DNA from: a virus
Taxonomy: Duplodnaviria; Caudoviricetes
Direction: 5' to 3' (one strand)
Virus record (IMG/VR): IMGVR_UViG_3300033053_000010
Coordinates: 1-57,313 of that record
DNA length: 57,313 bases
Below are positions 53,470 to 57,313 of the stretch, piece by piece. The notes below the pieces were generated by a model. It had not been told where the DNA came from and did not search any database. It saw nothing but the letters and a program-made list of their open reading frames with translations. Position numbers and translations under genes: made by a program. How positions within the stretch are numbered: position 1 is the first letter of the stretch; each line of letters starts with the position of its first letter.

Positions 53470-53481
53470 TTTGGATCACCT

Positions 53482-54120
53482 CTAATTTACGGTATATTTA
53501 ACGTTTGGTATGATATTTGAATAGTCAGGATTACTATCGTTTAGGATTCTACCACCCCATCTGTTGAATGCGGCCTCACCAGCTCGTCTCTTTTCGTTAA
53601 CCTGGGACATGTGCATGCCAGCAAGTAATCGAATTACAGGCGCTAATTTAATAGCAGTATTCACAGTTGATATAGCCGCCCCGGCAACTTCTTCTCTAGT
53701 AAAACGTGAACTGTTTTTACCCTTAACTCTATTTCCATGGATGTCATACTTGTTAGCAACGGATCTAGCGAACGCTTCATCGCTAGCTAATTTCATAGCT
53801 ACATCTTTTCCAATGTTTGTAAATTTAGAAATCGCCTCTTGAGGAGTTATTCTTCCATAGTTCTTTAGTCTTCCGGTAAATAGGTCAGCCGCCAATGTCG
53901 ATATGACTGCTTGCGTCGTTGCTTCGGCGACTCTAGCCGTCATACTCTTATTTACTTTTTTTGCTATTTCAACATCTGTAGGATGAGCAGTCTTTGAGTT
54001 GGCTATCTTATCGATTTTTATTTTATAGTCATCGTTTGCTTTCTTTATTTTGGTTATTGTTCTTTTACCCCACTTCATTCCTTTAATCCCAAAGTGTTGT
54101 AGTTCGTTATCGTAAACCAT
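53482..54120 (-). CDS. LxHFG-leader protein (putative internal virion protein)
   Basis: N-terminus DNELQHFGIKGMKWG. Confidence 0.7.
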   Translation of the reverse strand: MVYDNELQHFGIKGMKWGKRTITKIKKANDDYKIKIDKIANSKTAHPTDVEIAKKVNKSMTARVAEATTQAVISTLAADLFTGRLKNYGRITPQEAISKFTNIGKDVAMKLASDEAFARSVANKYDIHGNRVKGKNSSRFTREEVAGAAISTVNTAIKLAPVIRLLAGMHMSQVNEKRRAGEAAFNRWGGRILNDSNPDYSNIIPNVKYTVN

Positions 54121-54125
54121 GATAT

Positions 54126-54644
54126 TTAACCCTTAAACTTTCTAATTGTTTCATATAATACTGCTGCACTAGAAGCAACCGCTAACGCTGAACCAGCTGT
54201 TGTTAATATACTCTCGACTTTACTCCTACCCGACTGTTGATTCATGGCATTTATATAGTTGTTTTCTAAATTTAATCTATTTGTTAGTTTCTTGAGATCA
54301 TCATCACTCAAATGTTTAGCATCAGCTAGAGCCTTCTTATTATATCCAGTTTTATTGATCGTTTGACCCAATGACGCTAAATCTTGTCCTGTCTTTGCCG
54401 CCTTTCCAATAACGTTAGCGTTAATAGCTTTATGGTGTCCCCATTTCATACCTCTAATTCCAAAGTGTTGTAATTCCACATCAGAATCCATTATTGCACT
54501 TCGATTTCTGGTAACTATACATTTACCAACAATACCACTTTGGCGAAGATCTTTGTCATCGTCGGTTATGTCTATATTATCTTCAAAGCTACCCATTCTT
54601 TCTACAAAATTCTTATAATCTAAATCCATTTTGATCACCTCCAT
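54126..54644 (-). CDS. LxHFG-motif protein (putative internal virion protein)
   Basis: DVELQHFGIRGMKWGHHK at about aa 55-72; LSDDDLK....RLNLE.NY. Confidence 0.7.
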   Translation of the reverse strand: MEVIKMDLDYKNFVERMGSFEDNIDITDDDKDLRQSGIVGKCIVTRNRSAIMDSDVELQHFGIRGMKWGHHKAINANVIGKAAKTGQDLASLGQTINKTGYNKKALADAKHLSDDDLKKLTNRLNLENNYINAMNQQSGRSKVESILTTAGSALAVASSAAVLYETIRKFKG

Positions 54645-54647
54645 GTT

Positions 54648-55538
54648 TTAAGTAGCGTCGACGGTTATCGCAAACATGTTTCGCTCTTTATCAAACTCTA
54701 GTTTTCTGTATGTTAATTTATTAGGAGCTAGAATTGCTTCCTGATTACTTCTAGTGTTGACTAGGGCTTTTCCATCACTTGTTTTACCATCTGCTAATAG
54801 ACCTGGACATTTCTTACAGTTAATAATCATGTAAGTATTATACGTTGAAGCTGCGGTTGGGTTTACCGATCTCCAAGTATCTATAGCAAACAAGGGTGAA
54901 GTACTCGTTGAGAATACCCGGTTTTCTTTGTTTGATTTTCCGGAGAAATTCCTAGATAATTGTGAGAATACTTGTTCTCTTTCTTTATCACTCATGGTAT
55001 CAGTCTTTTTGGCAATACCATTCATCGAGAATTTTATGTTACAACTCCTATAAACTATCTGATTATCAACGTGATTTTTTTGTAAGGTCTGTTTAAGTTT
55101 CAAAGCCTCATCGGCATAAGATTTTGGTTCACCAATAGCTAAAAAACTATTAACGTTTCTTGAATATCTAGCAGAGTCTGTATATGTTTTTAGTTTTTCA
55201 AGATCTTTATCATTTAAGTTATTATAAACCGCATCTTTGTGAGCGTTTATACCAACGCTTTCTATAGACTTTAGAGCGTTATGGTTATTTGGTAATACCC
55301 CTACTTGCTTCACGTGGTTTATGGTTAAGTCGGATAATAATTTAACGTCTTCATTAACTTTATTTGTCATTTTACGAACTTTATAAGTTAATTCTCGTGG
55401 GTTTATCTTCGCACCTATTGAAAAGACTTTTCTCTCTGCTGCTGTTGCAATTTTATTAACCGCATTCTCCACTATCGCCTTATGGTGTCCCCATTTCATA
55501 CCCTTAATACCGAAGTGTTGTAGTTCGTTATCGCTCAT
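54648..55538 (-). CDS. LxHFG-leader protein with a C-terminal R-S-E ADP-ribosyltransferase-like domain
   Basis: MSDNELQHFGIKGMKWG; YT...YS.NVN.FL, VYR, FSTSTS and NQEAIL motifs in VIP2-like order. Confidence 0.65.
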   Translation of the reverse strand: MSDNELQHFGIKGMKWGHHKAIVENAVNKIATAAERKVFSIGAKINPRELTYKVRKMTNKVNEDVKLLSDLTINHVKQVGVLPNNHNALKSIESVGINAHKDAVYNNLNDKDLEKLKTYTDSARYSRNVNSFLAIGEPKSYADEALKLKQTLQKNHVDNQIVYRSCNIKFSMNGIAKKTDTMSDKEREQVFSQLSRNFSGKSNKENRVFSTSTSPLFAIDTWRSVNPTAASTYNTYMIINCKKCPGLLADGKTSDGKALVNTRSNQEAILAPNKLTYRKLEFDKERNMFAITVDAT

Positions 55539-55539
55539 T

Positions 55540-56022
55540 CTAATACACCCCTTTGTGCATTCGATCCATGACGAAATTAAGTCCAGCACGCATGGTATCT
55601 TTTGAAACTTCTACTATCTTCTTATCCATACCTGTCATTTTGGCAACGGCATATAATCCGGCTGCAGTTGAACTAACTCTAACTGCGTTACCCATGGTTA
55701 AATTCATAAAACCTTTAGTCGTCTTAGTTACGCTTTCGGCAGCATCCTTACTAATTCTTTCTACTTTAGCTTTTTTGGCATGTTCGCCCATATCTTGTTT
55801 AGCTAAAGCTTTATCAAATTCATCTTTATATAGTTTATCTTTTGACTTTGATTCCACAGCAGCCTTGATTAATTTACGCCTTGTTCCTGCACCCTTACCA
55901 TAAAACATTTTAGCTCTTGCGAATTCATGAGCATCTTTTTGTGCATCTTTAATTGTCCTATGACGACGCCACTTCATACCAATAACTCCAAAGTGATATA
56001 TTTCACTGTTGTATATTTGCAT
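55540..56022 (-). CDS. LxHFG-leader basic protein (putative internal virion protein)
   Basis: SEIYHFGVIGMKW N-terminus. Confidence 0.7.
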   Translation of the reverse strand: MQIYNSEIYHFGVIGMKWRRHRTIKDAQKDAHEFARAKMFYGKGAGTRRKLIKAAVESKSKDKLYKDEFDKALAKQDMGEHAKKAKVERISKDAAESVTKTTKGFMNLTMGNAVRVSSTAAGLYAVAKMTGMDKKIVEVSKDTMRAGLNFVMDRMHKGVY

Positions 56023-56023
56023 T

Positions 56024-56371
56024 CTACACCTCCAAATTATTACTTTCTACAGCCAACATCATCCTCCACTCTAATTCTTGGAGACTCTTGTTAAATGCCT
56101 CAACGACTGTAGAATTTGTAGGAGGATCGAATACCATTTTGGTTTTTAAATACAGATAGCTTTTAACGCCCTCTAATTTTATACTACTACCGATATAATC
56201 AGACCATGTTTGATCTTTAGAGGTAATCATAAAAGTATTGTTTGGACCTATACCCATCTGAGATAAACCAAATATCGCCGAGTTAATACTTACTATAATG
56301 TCGGTATCGAAACTAGTATCAGAAGCGTCAATACCTAATAACTTTTTTATAGTGTCTAATATACTATCCAC
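56024..56371 (-). CDS. Head-tail connector (gp6-like) protein
   Basis: SILDTIKKLLGI....FDTDII..IN...FDPP...ELEWR; GTG start after GGGGGTG. Confidence 0.65.
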   Translation of the reverse strand: MDSILDTIKKLLGIDASDTSFDTDIIVSINSAIFGLSQMGIGPNNTFMITSKDQTWSDYIGSSIKLEGVKSYLYLKTKMVFDPPTNSTVVEAFNKSLQELEWRMMLAVESNNLEV

Positions 56372-56384
56372 ATCATCACCCCCT

Positions 56385-56798
56385 TTAGCGTTTCCAAGGA
56401 CATGTATCACCTCTTCGTCTTTCGGTTATTACATTTGGAGATCTGGTTCCATAGTGAATTGCATTGTGTGTGTTAAGACAAGTACATATTAAGTAATCCG
56501 GATTAAGTAAATAATCTGTACGATCAAGAATGTCTGATATACATATTGGATTCATGTGATGAACTATTATTCCCTTATATATCTCGTAACCTTCCAATCC
56601 CAAATCACATCCCAAATCACGAACTATGATGTCTCTTCTAGTTTCTAACCATATTGGAGATTTGTAAAACACTTGGTTAAGATATCTATCGAAACCGAAT
56701 GTTAGATCTGAAACTTTACCGTTTAGTTTTAGATATTCGTATCTTTCATCGAAGGATCTCAGTGACATTAGTTCATCATACGTCCGAATTATTCCCAC
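56385..56798 (-). CDS. HNH endonuclease (packaging-associated)
   Basis: W...R..IIVRD..C...VHHMNP...L...C..THNAIH. Confidence 0.85.
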   Translation of the reverse strand: MGIIRTYDELMSLRSFDERYEYLKLNGKVSDLTFGFDRYLNQVFYKSPIWLETRRDIIVRDLGCDLGLEGYEIYKGIIVHHMNPICISDILDRTDYLLNPDYLICTCLNTHNAIHYGTRSPNVITERRRGDTCPWKR

Positions 56799-57096
56799 TA
56801 TACTTCCTCATGGCTGCTAAAGCGTTTGTGTAAAGTTCCTCTATTACTTTTCCTGACTTAATAGCCTCTGTCTTAGCTGTAATTAAGTCTAGATTTTTAG
56901 CCAGGGTTTGTTTCTCCAACATACTTATGGTTGAACCTAATTTAAGAAAGTGTGATATCACTTGAGAAGATGCTGTACCTTCTCTTAGCTGCTTTTCGGC
57001 CAAATCTATGGCCAACGAGATCAGCTGGTTTTCTCTCGATTCTGGAGTTAATCCAGGTCTAGACTTTATTACTGGTTTAGTTGTCTTTTTGGCCAC
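56776..57096 (-). CDS. Putative terminase small subunit
   Basis: First gene after the cos-like end; helical 106-aa protein overlapping the HNH gene. Confidence 0.55.
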   Translation of the reverse strand: MAKKTTKPVIKSRPGLTPESRENQLISLAIDLAEKQLREGTASSQVISHFLKLGSTISMLEKQTLAKNLDLITAKTEAIKSGKVIEELYTNALAAMRKYSGNNSDV

Positions 57097-57130
57097 TTCA
57101 ATGCTCCTTTCTATTAGTTTACCCCGTGTT

Positions 57131-57232
57131 TAGATGTCTTTTAGACACACCCAGGTTGGCGTAGCAGATCCAACTTATTAAAAGGGGGAGGGTAAAACCC
57201 TTTAACACCTGGGTGCGTTTGAAAGACATCTA
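57131..57232. repeat. 26-bp imperfect inverted repeat enclosing two small hairpins
   Basis: TAGATGTCTTTTAGACACACCCAGGT ... ACCTGGGTGCGTTTGAAAGACATCTA (23/26 Watson-Crick). Confidence 0.75.
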
Positions 57233-57239
57233 TGAAAAA

Positions 57240-57313
57240 GTTCCCCCGGGGCTTTTTTTGGGGGCCGGGCGATCAAAGAGGGGGTGTGATTTTTGGACCC
57301 CCTCCCCCCGGTC
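57240..57313. other. GC-rich cos-like packaging region at the genome end
   Basis: G/C homopolymer runs (minus strand GACCGGGGGGAGGGGGTCC...) in an AT-rich genome, upstream of terS-HNH. Confidence 0.55.

Noticed and set aside
1393-56492. All plus-strand ORFs in the track, including 41051..42025 (324 aa) and 24988..25551
   Set aside because: Antisense shadows of well-supported minus-strand genes; no RBS or recognisable motifs.

Overview
The window looks like an essentially complete ~57 kb AT-rich siphovirus genome, probably infecting a Clostridium-like Bacillota host (inferred from composition and the lysis genes). Every credible gene is on the minus strand. Read from 57313 to 1, the modules are: a GC-rich cos-like end; terminase small subunit and HNH nuclease; four small proteins sharing an L-x-H-F-G-I-x-G-M-K-W leader (one carries an ADP-ribosyltransferase-like domain); TerL, portal, a protease-capsid fusion, neck and tail genes with three inserted accessory genes; lysis genes; an early region of small genes; a helicase-primase-PolB fusion, SSB, SF2 helicase and nucleotide-metabolism genes; an iteron-like origin; two nucleases; and a 923-aa DFDGD two-barrel RNA-polymerase-like protein. 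I see no integrase or repressor. The most striking system has three parts. (1) There are 25 copies of a fixed-spacing, non-sigma70-like motif, CGC-N6-WACA-N5-TATTAT^GRRA (minus strand). Each heads a cassette closed by one of a few recurring terminator hairpins or by a self-closing stem with a U-tract. (2) Twenty-one cassettes carry one small ORF and four carry structured non-coding RNAs, one clearly tRNA-like. (3) The putative RNA polymerase has the same N-terminal L-x-H-[YF]-G signature as the small head-cluster proteins, and related L/I-x-H sites occur in the capsid precursor. Together these suggest a virion-packaged phage RNAP driving a modular array of early effector and sRNA cassettes. 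All function calls come from motif recognition, not database searches.
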